This document shows positions 19,045-28,424 of a stretch of DNA of 33,274 bases, in pieces. Every line of letters begins with the position of its first letter. The stretch's first letter is position 1. The translations under genes were made by a program, and so were the position numbers. Source of the DNA: Candidatus Acidiferrum sp. (GTDB lineage Bacteria > Acidobacteriota > Terriglobia > Acidiferrales > UBA7541); NCBI GenBank assembly GCA_035703315.1, contig DASSYL010000585.1, positions 1 through 33,274 of the forward strand, written 5' to 3'. The notes under the pieces are model-generated. The model searched no databases and was not told where the DNA came from. It saw only the letters and a program-made list of their open reading frames with translations.

Positions 19045-19288
19045 GTTGCCCTCAGCGCTTCAAAAGCCCGCGCACGCAACTTCAGGTCGCCAAACATGGC
19101 CTAAATAAACGCCCGGCAGAAGTCGGAACATATACCCGAAATACTGTACCGAAACGGACTGTGAGGATGCCACTTACGGAACAGACGCGTCAATCTGTGG
19201 AAATCGACCTAAGTGTCCTATCATCAAACACTTGGTTTTAGTACGGGGTCGCCCGATCGGCCTCGAAATCCGGCTTCCATTTTGGTGC

Positions 19289-19317
19289 TCGACGTATCGG
19301 CCGAGACTCTCTAGAGT
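19289..19317 (+). promoter_or_regulatory. sigma70-like promoter of the EamA gene, probably leaderless
   Basis: TCGACG-N17-TAGAGT, then 5 nt to ATG 19323. Confidence 0.5.
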
Positions 19318-19322
19318 TCGCT

Positions 19323-20336
19323 ATGGCTCTTTCTTCCCAGGTCTCACAAGAAGCAGGTGTTATATCGTCGTTGCCATCCGGTCCTTCCACGCCGCCCTCC
19401 CGCGCGGCGGCGTCCTTTCTCGTAATTGCCAGTTTCTTGGCCGTTTACGTCATTTGGGGCAGCACCTATTTCGCTATACGCGTAGGTCTAGAGTCCTTCC
19501 CCCCTCTCCTGCTGGCCGGAACCAGACATATCGGCGCAGGCGTTATTTTGTATCTCTTGTTCCGCAAAAGCGGAACACGGCCCGCGAAGGCCCAATGGAT
19601 TACCGCGGCTATTACTGGAATTCTGCTGCTGTTTGGGGGCAACGGCGGGGTTTGCTGGGCCGAGCAGACTGTGCCCTCCGGAATCACGGCGCTGCTGGTC
19701 GCTACGGTCACCTTATGGATGGTGCTGGTCGACTGGCTGCGCCCGGGCGGACACCGGCCGTCGGCCCGCGTCCTGGCCGGAATCATGATCGGGTTCGCGG
19801 GACTTTTGATCTTGGTCGGCCCATTTCATTTAGGGAATTCGGGCCGCGTGAACCCAGTCGGCGCCGTAGTGTTGGTGCTGGCTTCGCTCTCGTGGGCTTG
19901 CGGCTCGCTGTACTCAAAACACGGCGCGCTGCCGAGTTCGCCGCTGCTTGGCGCGGGTATGCAGGCTTTGTGCGGCGGGGCCGTGTTATGGACTGTCGGA
20001 TTGCTGGCCGGTGAAGGGGCACACTTCCATCCGGCCAGCGTGACGCCGCGCGCGTGGCTTGCCGCGGCTTATCTGGTGGTGTTCGGCTCCTGCGTCGGCT
20101 TCAGTGCGTATCTGTACATCCTGAAAAAGAGTACCGCGGCGCGCGTAGCCACCTACGCTTTTGTGAATCCCATCGTAGCGCTATTGCTTGGCTGGGGCTT
20201 CGGTGGAGAAGGCCTTTCGGCCAGAATGCTGATCGCCGGAGCGGTGATCCTCACGGCCGTAGTGCTGGTAATTTCCGTTCCGCACCGCGAAACGTCGGAA
20301 GTTAATGGCGGATTGCCGGCACCCGGCGAAGCTTAG
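19323..20336 (+). CDS. EamA/DMT family transporter (YedA-like)
   Basis: VYVIWGSTYFAIR, PSGITALL, TYAFVNPIVA; about 10 TM segments. Confidence 0.92.
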   Translation: MALSSQVSQEAGVISSLPSGPSTPPSRAAASFLVIASFLAVYVIWGSTYFAIRVGLESFPPLLLAGTRHIGAGVILYLLFRKSGTRPAKAQWITAAITGILLLFGGNGGVCWAEQTVPSGITALLVATVTLWMVLVDWLRPGGHRPSARVLAGIMIGFAGLLILVGPFHLGNSGRVNPVGAVVLVLASLSWACGSLYSKHGALPSSPLLGAGMQALCGGAVLWTVGLLAGEGAHFHPASVTPRAWLAAAYLVVFGSCVGFSAYLYILKKSTAARVATYAFVNPIVALLLGWGFGGEGLSARMLIAGAVILTAVVLVISVPHRETSEVNGGLPAPGEA

Positions 20337-20410
20337 GTTGCCCACAACAATTTTGTTTGAGCGCAGTTTCCGGATAGCAACTGGCTCCTCCTTGCTGTAA
20401 TTTGGCGATT

Positions 20411-21520
20411 ATGAAGACCGCACCAAACACCCGGAGGGACGCTAAACTCGGCGGTCAGGACGCACGCTATTGGCGCGCCGTATTGGCCCGGGACGGCCGG
20501 GCTGACGGAGCGTTCTTTTTTGCGGTGCGCTCGACAAGCATTTACTGCCGGCCCAGCTGTCCGGCCCGGCGCCCGCTGCGAACCAATACCCTATTTTTCC
20601 AGACCAGGCAGGAAGCGGAACAACATGGCTATCGCCCCTGCCGGCGCTGCAAACCCGATACCATTCCGGCCAGCGTGCTGATCGTCAAGCGGGCCGCGCA
20701 AGTGCTGGAAAGCGAAATCGATGATCCGGTGAACGTGAACATTCTGGCGCGCAAAGTCGGCGTAAGAACCGACACACTGCGTCGTGCCTTCCGCCAGCAA
20801 ACCGGGCTCAATCCCAAAGAACTGGCGGCGGCGTTGCGCCTGAAAAGATTCAAGCGGTTGCTGCGTTCGGGCAACAGTATCGCCGATGCGCTGTATGCGA
20901 CGGGCTACGGATCGGCCAGCCGCGTTTATGAGCGCAGCGACGCGCAATTAGGCATGACGCCGGCAACATATCAAAAGGGAGGAAAGGGAATGCAAATCAA
21001 GTACACGACAGCCAAGTCAAGTTTGGGGGAAGTGCTGGTCGCGGCGACAGAGCGCGGTGTGTCGGCCGTTTATTTAGGCGACGCGTCGGCAAAGCTCACC
21101 AGCGAATTGCGCGAAGAATATCCGCGCGCGGAAATTACACCGGAAAAGGGTGCCTTTTCCGAATGGGTGGAAGAAATCGTGGCGCGCGTGGAAGGAAACG
21201 CCCCGCGCCGCGAGCTGCCTCTGGACTTGCAGGCGACCGCGTTTCAGCGCCGCGTCTGGCAAGAGCTGCAGCGCATTCCGCGAGGCGCGACGCGCACGTA
21301 CGCTCAGGTGGCCAAAGCCGTCGGCAAGCCGAGCGCCGTTCGCGCAGTTGCGCGAGCATGCGCGACGAATCCGGTCTCGATCGTTGTCCCGTGCCATCGC
21401 GTGGTGCGAGCCGATGGCAACTTGGCGGGCTACCGCTGGGGAATCTCGCGCAAGCAAACTCTATTGGAACGGGAACGCACTTCTGGCATCGCCACCGGCA
21501 AGATCAGCCGCGTGGCTTGA
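20411..21520 (+). CDS. ada: Bifunctional transcriptional activator / O6-methylguanine-DNA methyltransferase
   Basis: Zn-binding IYCRPSC...PCRRC, AraC-like HTH, FQRRVW, active-site PCHRV. Confidence 0.95.
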   Translation: MKTAPNTRRDAKLGGQDARYWRAVLARDGRADGAFFFAVRSTSIYCRPSCPARRPLRTNTLFFQTRQEAEQHGYRPCRRCKPDTIPASVLIVKRAAQVLESEIDDPVNVNILARKVGVRTDTLRRAFRQQTGLNPKELAAALRLKRFKRLLRSGNSIADALYATGYGSASRVYERSDAQLGMTPATYQKGGKGMQIKYTTAKSSLGEVLVAATERGVSAVYLGDASAKLTSELREEYPRAEITPEKGAFSEWVEEIVARVEGNAPRRELPLDLQATAFQRRVWQELQRIPRGATRTYAQVAKAVGKPSAVRAVARACATNPVSIVVPCHRVVRADGNLAGYRWGISRKQTLLERERTSGIATGKISRVA

Positions 21521-22220
21521 TCTTCGTCGCGTTTTTCGGCCAGTCTTGCTTGAAGCGGGATTCTTCGATCTTCAGATTCTTTTTGATGTCGCTATAGTGA
21601 AAAATGAAGTAGTCGCCGGATCCCGCTTCAAAAAATTTCTGCTGCAGCGGCAACCACGCTGACTCATCGACCCACATTTGTATCTTGCTGATCTGCGCTC
21701 GCACTTGATCGGTTTTAGGCGTCAGCTCCAGAAGCAGGGTCTTTCTGCCGTCGAGATCGTGTTCTCCTGAGAACTCCACATCAAAGCTTTTTTTCAGGTC
21801 TTCGCTGCGCGTTCCAAAGCCCAACCGTACATATTGATCCACTAGCGCGCGGTCCTTGCCGAGATCATATTCTTCAACGCGATTGATTTTGGGATTGTAG
21901 ATAGCCAGTGAATTCCCCGTGCGCAGGATGGTGCGCTGGTCGGGCTTGGCAAACTCGATCCGCATCTTTTCGTCTTTCTTCTGCAGCCACATCTGGCCTG
22001 ACTCCGTGGAAGTGTCCTTCACCACATCCGTGTATTTGATGTGTTCCACGTTCGCAGTCAGGGTACGAAAATCGCGCGCTCCCGCGTCCATCCGATCCAG
22101 CGTGGATTCCAGGGTCCATTTTTGTGTTGATTGCGCGGCGGCCAGGAGCGGGAAAAACAGCAAGAGCGTAAGAACGGCGCAAAGTCTTAGCTTGTTTTTG
22201 CCGGTGGCCTTCAGTTGCAT
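21504..22220 (-). CDS. LolA-like periplasmic lipoprotein carrier
   Basis: Signal peptide; FRTLTANVEH, KMRIEFAKPDQRTILRTGNSLAIYNP, LELTPK, MWVD pattern of the LolA fold. Confidence 0.75.
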   Translation of the reverse strand: MQLKATGKNKLRLCAVLTLLLFFPLLAAAQSTQKWTLESTLDRMDAGARDFRTLTANVEHIKYTDVVKDTSTESGQMWLQKKDEKMRIEFAKPDQRTILRTGNSLAIYNPKINRVEEYDLGKDRALVDQYVRLGFGTRSEDLKKSFDVEFSGEHDLDGRKTLLLELTPKTDQVRAQISKIQMWVDESAWLPLQQKFFEAGSGDYFIFHYSDIKKNLKIEESRFKQDWPKNATKIKPRG

Positions 22221-22341
22221 GGTTGAGTAGAGAAAGAAAATCCCCTCAAATCATCGTAGCACACTGATGAGACGCGCCGCCCACAGCTCGAGTTGCTGAT
22301 GTGGGGTGGCCCGCGCCAAATACTAGGATTAGGGCTATCCT

Positions 22342-22734
22342 TTACTTTTTGCGCAAAGTGACCTGATACGCGGTTACGCCGCCGTGCTCATCGCGCACCG
22401 CTTCCACATTGGTGATTTCAAAGCGACCGTTCTGCAGCGTCGCTTGCGCCCGTTGTAAAGCCCGGTGCAGTTCATTCTGAAGCTGAGGCAACTGCTCTGG
22501 CGGAGTCAAGATCCGCGCGTCCACTTTGTAGGTCTGCCGATTGCCTGATTCGCTCAGCAACTCAACCTGCGCGGATGCCGCCGGCATCACGCGCGTGGGC
22601 TGGTCGCGGAACCAGCGCACAGGCGTAAGCAGCACAAATACGAGAATCGCAATCACGGCCAGATCGTACTGCCAGGAGCCGCGCTCGTAGGACCAAAAGA
22701 AGATCCGCGAAAGAATTGGTCCTGGTCCCGCCAT
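22342..22734 (-). CDS. Hypothetical single-pass membrane protein
   Basis: FWSYERGSWQYD followed by a TM helix; starts 1 nt after the ATPase stop. Confidence 0.75.
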   Translation of the reverse strand: MAGPGPILSRIFFWSYERGSWQYDLAVIAILVFVLLTPVRWFRDQPTRVMPAASAQVELLSESGNRQTYKVDARILTPPEQLPQLQNELHRALQRAQATLQNGRFEITNVEAVRDEHGGVTAYQVTLRKK

Positions 22735-22735
22735 G

Positions 22736-23497
22736 TCAGTCCGCCGGAACTCCGTCCACGATGACGCCGTCGCGCATGTGCACGACCCGATCGAAATAGG
22801 TGACCGCCTCCGGATTATGCGTGATCATCACGATCGTCTGGCCGAGGTCCTTGTTCAGCTGCCGCAGCATCTGCAGCACAATTTCAGAATTGCTGGTATC
22901 GAGGTTTCCTGTCGGCTCGTCAGCTAATAAAATCTTCGGCTCGTTGATAATCGCCCGCGCGATGGCCACGCGCTGCTGTTCGCCGCCGGACATCTCCGAA
23001 GGCTTGTGAGTGAGCCGCCCCTCCAGCCCGAGCATTTTCGTCACAACATCGAATCGGTGCGGATCGAAACCGTCGCCGTGAATATATTGTGCGATGGCGA
23101 TATTGCCCTTGGCGGTGAGCGTCGGCAGCAGATTGAACCGCTGAAATACAAATCCAATCTTGCTGCGACGCAACTTGGTCCTCGCTGCGTCACTTAACTC
23201 ACTCAAGTCGTTGCCGTCCACCAAAACTTTCCCGCGCGAAGCCTTCGCTAATCCGCCAATCACATACAACAACGAAGACTTGCCGCAGCCCGACGGGCCC
23301 ATAACCGCGACCGATTCGCCCGGCAGTACTTCAAAATTCACTCCGCGCAGCGCCGGAACCTCGACCTTGCCCGCGTGGTAGAGCTTCCACAGATTCTCCG
23401 TCTTGAGTATCGGCTCCACGCTTCGTTTCCCTGCATTCCTTCCGTCAGCGCCCTGCGATGCCACGTGGGGCGCTGGTATTGTAGCCGCGATTGTCAT
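22736..23497 (-). CDS. ABC transporter ATP-binding protein, LolD/MacB-like
   Basis: [40 protein letters not shown]. Confidence 0.93.
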   Translation of the reverse strand: MTIAATIPAPHVASQGADGRNAGKRSVEPILKTENLWKLYHAGKVEVPALRGVNFEVLPGESVAVMGPSGCGKSSLLYVIGGLAKASRGKVLVDGNDLSELSDAARTKLRRSKIGFVFQRFNLLPTLTAKGNIAIAQYIHGDGFDPHRFDVVTKMLGLEGRLTHKPSEMSGGEQQRVAIARAIINEPKILLADEPTGNLDTSNSEIVLQMLRQLNKDLGQTIVMITHNPEAVTYFDRVVHMRDGVIVDGVPAD

Positions 23498-23533
23498 CAG
23501 TGCCTAGCAAACCGGCCTTTCACGATTTGATCC

Positions 23534-24634
23534 TCAGTCGAATGTCAAAGCCTCGACCGCGTCTTTCTTGCTCGCCACCCAGGCCGGATAACTGGCTCCG
23601 ATGACCGTGCCCAAAAGTGCGATCACACCGGCGCGTACGATCCATTCAGGAGTGATGCGAATCGAAAGCGTAGGAAAAATCTGCAGAAACACGCTGCGCG
23701 CCGCGTAGCTGAGCCCCACGCCGGCAGCGATGCCGCCCAGGCAAAGCAGCGCGGACTCCATCAGCAGTGTCCGCACGATAAAGGGCGAGTTCGCGCCCAG
23801 CGATTTCAGCACCCCGATATCGCGGGTTCGCTCAATCACCGTCGTGTACATGGTCAAGAAAATCACCAGCAGGCCAATCGAAACGGCCAGGGCGATCATC
23901 GCGTCAATAAAAATCTGCAGTCCCGGGATGTTCGTGGAAGTGTAAATTGAGAGCATTTCCTTGATTGGCCGCACGGTGTAGCCCGGCAATTCGCGGCCAA
24001 TGTCCTGCATCAGGTCTTCCGTGTGTTCGGGCCGCGTGCACTTGATCCAGAAAATCGAAGCTTTATCGCGCGCCCCGATCAGATCCTGCAACGTCGTGAT
24101 GGGAACGAACACCCGCGCGCCTTTGCCATGCTCCACGATTCCGGCCACGTGCCAGTCATTGTTAAAAAGATTGTACGTATCGCCCACTTTCAGCTTCTTA
24201 GCCCGTGCCGCCCAATCGTCCACCAGAATGTCGTTTGGCCCCTCGAAATCGTGGCCCGCAAGGAACACAAATCCACCTGACACCGCGCGGAAACTTTCCG
24301 GATCAATTCCGTAAATCACTTCCACGCCACCCGCCGAGTTGGACTGCAGCAGCGTCGGCGCGACGTCCTGCACGTATTTCAGCTCTTTCAGCTTGTCGGC
24401 GATTTTGATCGGCATGGGCGCGCCGCTGAATCCCAGCAGAATCGAAGCCGCGGGGGGTTGGACGACGATGTCCGCGCCGACGCCTTCGATGCGCTTGGCG
24501 GTTTCGGCCAGCAGGCCGGTAACCAGTCCGACGACCAGCACAACCAGGGAAACCTCCACCGCAATGGCCAGAATGCCGATGAACGTGCGCACCGGACGGT
24601 GGAACAGGTTCCGGACGATCAGTTCACCCATCAT
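23534..24634 (-). CDS. ABC transporter permease, LolC/E / MacB / FtsX-like
   Basis: RNLFHRPVRT + TM1, periplasmic domain, VIERTRDIGVLKSLGA, YPAW.AS..D.VEAL; ATG 24634 overlaps the upstream stop. Confidence 0.9.
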   Translation of the reverse strand: MMGELIVRNLFHRPVRTFIGILAIAVEVSLVVLVVGLVTGLLAETAKRIEGVGADIVVQPPAASILLGFSGAPMPIKIADKLKELKYVQDVAPTLLQSNSAGGVEVIYGIDPESFRAVSGGFVFLAGHDFEGPNDILVDDWAARAKKLKVGDTYNLFNNDWHVAGIVEHGKGARVFVPITTLQDLIGARDKASIFWIKCTRPEHTEDLMQDIGRELPGYTVRPIKEMLSIYTSTNIPGLQIFIDAMIALAVSIGLLVIFLTMYTTVIERTRDIGVLKSLGANSPFIVRTLLMESALLCLGGIAAGVGLSYAARSVFLQIFPTLSIRITPEWIVRAGVIALLGTVIGASYPAWVASKKDAVEALTFD

Positions 24635-25563
24635 CGCTTGTTGCTCTGCGTTTCTGGTCTCGGATTCGGGCCGTTCGCGGTAACGCGTACCAATTCCGAG
24701 CCGGCAGGCTGCGGAAGCCGGAACCGCGCCGCCTCCAGCTCGCCGTTCAAAACGACTTTCGTGATTTGAATGTCCAGTTTGTAGTCGTCGTGCGGCCGCT
24801 CGATGTGCACCGTGCGCGGAAATTGCGCCGGGCCGCTTGCCGGGAGCGGAGCATCCGTCAGCGGCAGCCAATTCGAATAGCGCACATCGGAAAGCAGTAC
24901 GCCCTTTGACCCGAAGGCTTGCAGCCGCGTGATACTCAAATCCGCCCGATCGAACCAGATCTTGCGGTAAATTTCCGTAAATCGGCCGCCGCGCAATTGC
25001 GTCAGAACGTAATAGCGCGCATTTTCGTCGTTGAACTCTTCGAGCAGCACAGCTTCTTCCTTGCGAATCTCCTGCCACAGCAGTGCGTCCAGCAGGTGTT
25101 GCGGTCGCAAATTCTCCAGCGGCTTTTCGCTGGCTCGTTCTAGCGCCACTTCGCCGACCAGAAACTTGTTCTTGGTCGGCAGCCACACATGGAATTCACT
25201 GCCGTCGCTGGCCATATCGAAAATCGTTTTCCCGATTACCGGCGCCTGCCCCACCATGCGCACGTTTGCGGGACGCGCGGCAAGCAAAAAAGCTTTTACT
25301 TCGTGATACTCCTGAATCAGGCCGGAATATTTCGACCCCGCGATAGCCTTTAGCTCCACCGTCGAATTGACGGCATTCACAGCAGACGAAAACGCATTGT
25401 ATTTCTCAAGCAGCTCTTCGCGCGTCGCATCCTTGGCTACCGGACGTTCCGCCTGCGGTACCGGCGTATTCTTCGAAACATTGCCGCGGCACCCGGCGGA
25501 AATCGCCGCCAGTGTCGCCACCGCCATCCACCATTCGACTTGTTTTCTCAGTGTTTTCGCCAC
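24631..25563 (-). CDS. Lipoprotein, predicted LolA/LolB-superfamily beta fold
   Basis: Lipobox ISAG-C; beta-rich (FDMASDGSEFHVWLP, RKIWFDRADL, YKLDIQITKV); GTG start. Confidence 0.7.
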   Translation of the reverse strand: MAKTLRKQVEWWMAVATLAAISAGCRGNVSKNTPVPQAERPVAKDATREELLEKYNAFSSAVNAVNSTVELKAIAGSKYSGLIQEYHEVKAFLLAARPANVRMVGQAPVIGKTIFDMASDGSEFHVWLPTKNKFLVGEVALERASEKPLENLRPQHLLDALLWQEIRKEEAVLLEEFNDENARYYVLTQLRGGRFTEIYRKIWFDRADLSITRLQAFGSKGVLLSDVRYSNWLPLTDAPLPASGPAQFPRTVHIERPHDDYKLDIQITKVVLNGELEAARFRLPQPAGSELVRVTANGPNPRPETQSNKR

Positions 25564-25581
25564 ATTCCGCTCAAATAAAGC

Positions 25582-25626
25582 AATCTAGCAACCACACGTG
25601 GAGCCGTCAATTCAGTAAGTTACTGA
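25582..25626 (-). promoter_or_regulatory. sigma70 promoter of the Lol-like operon with an adjacent palindrome
   Basis: TTGACG (25610-25605)-N17-TAGATT (25587-25582); TCAGTAA-G-TTACTGA at 25612-25626. Confidence 0.6.
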
Positions 25627-25632
25627 GCCCAG

Positions 25633-26235
25633 CTAGTTGGGGCGCACAATATGTACATTAAAGGACTGCGCCGCTGCCCGCAGCCGCCGCACCACTTCGC
25701 TCGGCCAAAGCGTTTCGCTCAGCAGCGTTACCCAGCCGTCGTCCAGTTCGCAAATGGCACAGAACAAATAGCGTCGGTAAGCACCTTGATAGGCGTCCAC
25801 GCCGCGGCTGGAAAGCTGGCCCCCCAACCCGGCGTCCTCCTCCTTGGCGCGCTCACCGGCACGCAACCCAAACGTTTCCCCCGCAAACCGCTGCAGAAGC
25901 TGCTGCAATTGCTCTTGCGGAGGCCGAGGAATCTCGAGGCTGCGCGATCCCGTTTCGTGAAACTCAATCTCGTGGCTGGCGCAAAACTCGCGGACGCGCT
26001 CCAGATGACTGAAAAAGTCCAGTACCAGGGTTTCAGCGTTGGCAAGCAGCGGAAACGTAGCCGCCCAAAATTCCGCGGCTTCCCTGCCGCGCACAGGTTC
26101 GCGGCTTTCCGTTTCGAGTAATTCGAGCCCCACGGCCTTGACGTCCACACCCAGATCGAGCGCCTGCACATCCAGCGAAAACGGCGGCAAGTCCAGCACA
26201 TCGTCCGGCGTCGACCCGTTTGCGGGACCGGTCAT
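25633..26235 (-). CDS. Hypothetical protein
   Basis: 200-aa ORF with ATGA overlap with the upstream gene; no motif recognised. Confidence 0.75.
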   Translation of the reverse strand: MTGPANGSTPDDVLDLPPFSLDVQALDLGVDVKAVGLELLETESREPVRGREAAEFWAATFPLLANAETLVLDFFSHLERVREFCASHEIEFHETGSRSLEIPRPPQEQLQQLLQRFAGETFGLRAGERAKEEDAGLGGQLSSRGVDAYQGAYRRYLFCAICELDDGWVTLLSETLWPSEVVRRLRAAAQSFNVHIVRPN

Positions 26236-26789
26236 TCTTCGTTTTCCGCTTCCGGAAATTTTGCGCGAAAATCCGGCGCCTGTTTGCGCACTTCCAGCCA
26301 GTCAAAGAAGGCGTCCGGGTTCTCCAGCCAGATGCGAAACCAGCTGGCGATTTCTTCCTTTTCGTCGCGCTTATGGGGTTCCACCTTCCGGTTCCGCGCG
26401 ATCATTTCCGCGCGGCGCTTGCCCAGGCGCGCTATTTCCATCACTCGATCGGAGGCGGCTTTTTCCTCGTGCGCGCGGAAGCGCCGCAGCAGTTCGTCGA
26501 GGCGCATCAGACTGACTTCCGCGTCGCCCAATGTCTTGAAATGCAGCAGGTCTTCGAATTCTTCCTCGAACTGGTCTTCGGCCTCCTCCTGTTGGGTGAG
26601 CGCCACCTTCCACCCTGCCGTCTCCAAGACTTCGATGATGTAGTCGGTGCCGGTCTTCCCTTCGGCGCCGTGGTCAGCCAACAGCTTTCGGCGCAGCTGC
26701 TCAATCTCCGCCGGCGTCCACTTTTCCGCGCCGATCGCCGCGGCGGCGCGCAAGATCATAGCCTTCTTGGTGTGCAGAGCTTCGGTCAT
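26232..26789 (-). CDS. Hypothetical all-alpha protein
   Basis: 185-aa ORF with ATGA overlap with mltG; C-terminal EIASWFRIWLENPDAFFDWLEVRK. Confidence 0.78.
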   Translation of the reverse strand: MTEALHTKKAMILRAAAAIGAEKWTPAEIEQLRRKLLADHGAEGKTGTDYIIEVLETAGWKVALTQQEEAEDQFEEEFEDLLHFKTLGDAEVSLMRLDELLRRFRAHEEKAASDRVMEIARLGKRRAEMIARNRKVEPHKRDEKEEIASWFRIWLENPDAFFDWLEVRKQAPDFRAKFPEAENEE

Positions 26790-27889
26790 TGGCCTGAACC
26801 CTTGCGCTTTTTCTCTTGAGAATTCTTGCGTGAACTCTGCGCGGGCGGAGCCGGTGGCGGATCGGCGGGTTGCCCGGCCAGCAAACGGCGATAGCGATTC
26901 ACGTTCTGGTTATGCTCAGCCAGCGTCGCACTGAAAAAATGCCCGCCCTGCGTGTTGGCCACAAAATACAGGAACGGCGTATCCGCCGGCCCCAGCGCCG
27001 CGCGCAAAGAAATTGCGCCAGGGTTGCCGATCGGTCCGGGAGGAAGTCCGCCATGCATATAGGTATTGTACGGTGATTCGATGTGCAGGTCTTTCCCGGT
27101 TAACGAGCCATTGTAGCTGCCATCCTGTTCCAGCGCATAAATCACGGTCGGATCGCACTGCAGCAGCATGCCCTTTTTCAGTCGATTCTCGAAAACGCCG
27201 GCGACCAGCAAGCGCTCTTCCGGCTTGGGCGTCTCGCGCTCCACCAGGGAAGCCAGCGTGACGGTAGAAAGCAACGGATGGCCATGGCCTACGCCCGTCG
27301 GGTCGGCCTTGGCGGCGTCGATTTGCGACCATTGCTCGCGAAATTTCTGCGTCATCTGTGCCACCAGTTCCTTGGCCACTGGATGACGCGCCAGCTGATA
27401 CGTTGCCGGGAAAAGAAAACCCTCCAACGTTTTCGCTTGTGGAGCCAGATCGTGAATCAGCTCCGGATTTTTCGCCGCCGTGAGGAATTCCTCCGCGGAC
27501 ATGAATTTGCCGGCTTCAAGTTCACGGGCGACGTCGAACATGGTTTCGCCTTCACGTACCGTAAACGGCCGCTGGTAAACCTTACCGTTGGCGACCGTCC
27601 AGAAAACGTCTTTTCCGCTGACCGCATGGTCGAAAAAATACTCGCCGGCTTGCAGTGTGCGCTTGGGATGGCGGCGAGCGTAAATCTCAAAAGCGATCGA
27701 ATTGCGAACAATACCTTCCTTTTCGAGCAGGCGCGCCACGCTGCGCCGCGATGCACCGTGCGGTATATCCACGAAAGTACCCTCGGCGGGATAGGTGCCG
27801 AAAGGCTTTTCCATGCCGTACCAGAAATAACCTGCGGCAGCCGTAGCTATCAGCAAAAGCAGCAAAAACAGCTTTCCCAGAAATTTCAT
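26786..27889 (-). CDS. mltG: Endolytic transglycosylase MltG
   Basis: N-terminal TM, LEGFLFPATY, LASLVERE, LQCDPTVIY, SPYNTY..GLPPGPIGNPG, LYFVA. Confidence 0.96.
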   Translation of the reverse strand: MKFLGKLFLLLLLIATAAAGYFWYGMEKPFGTYPAEGTFVDIPHGASRRSVARLLEKEGIVRNSIAFEIYARRHPKRTLQAGEYFFDHAVSGKDVFWTVANGKVYQRPFTVREGETMFDVARELEAGKFMSAEEFLTAAKNPELIHDLAPQAKTLEGFLFPATYQLARHPVAKELVAQMTQKFREQWSQIDAAKADPTGVGHGHPLLSTVTLASLVERETPKPEERLLVAGVFENRLKKGMLLQCDPTVIYALEQDGSYNGSLTGKDLHIESPYNTYMHGGLPPGPIGNPGAISLRAALGPADTPFLYFVANTQGGHFFSATLAEHNQNVNRYRRLLAGQPADPPPAPPAQSSRKNSQEKKRKGSGQ

Positions 27890-28398
27890 TCGCGTGCGCC
27901 CTCCGCAGTGGCGGCTCTGCGTTCCAGATATTCGCGCAAGATAATAGCTGCTGCCATCGAGTCCACGGAAAATTTTTCGCTGGGCTTTTTCTTGGATGCG
28001 GAATCGCTCACTTTCGACCTGCGCCCGAACTGTTCTTCCAGTTGCCGTTCGGCTTCCCAGCTGCTCAGCCGTTCGTCCACCATTTCCACCGGCACGCCAA
28101 TTTGTTTCCGCACTCGCTGCGCGAAACGTTCCGCCTCTTCGGCCATTTCGCCGCGTGTCCCGTCCAGGAGCAACGGTAAGCCCACCACGATAAATTTCAC
28201 GGAATGGTCGCGCGCTAGTTCGCGCAGCCGCCGCATGTCTTCATTCCGGTTAATGCGCTCCAGTGTGGCAAGAGGTTGCGCCAGGCCGTGCTGCGCGTCC
28301 GCGATGGCTATACCGATGCGCGTGCGCCCATAGTCAATCGCAAGGATCTGGCCGGCCGGCATCGCGGTTTTTGCAGGCTGCGCCGCGGATGGGGACAT
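27886..28398 (-). CDS. ruvX: YqgF/RuvX pre-16S rRNA nuclease
   Basis: LAIDYGRTRIGIA, VVGLP, VDERLSS, DSMAAAIIL; start set at 28398, downstream of a TATAAT at 28420-28415. Confidence 0.93.
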   Translation of the reverse strand: MSPSAAQPAKTAMPAGQILAIDYGRTRIGIAIADAQHGLAQPLATLERINRNEDMRRLRELARDHSVKFIVVGLPLLLDGTRGEMAEEAERFAQRVRKQIGVPVEMVDERLSSWEAERQLEEQFGRRSKVSDSASKKKPSEKFSVDSMAAAIILREYLERRAATAEGARE

Positions 28399-28424
28399 TC
28401 GCTTCACTGCTTCAATTATATCGT

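Noticed and set aside
20345-20385. Ada box upstream of ada
   Set aside because: AAT and GCGCA/GCAA are present but not at the AAT-N6-GCAA spacing of the E. coli site
22264-22322. Hammerhead ribozyme (CUGAUGA followed by a stem)
   Set aside because: The required GAAA after stem II is CAAA, and I could not build stems I and III
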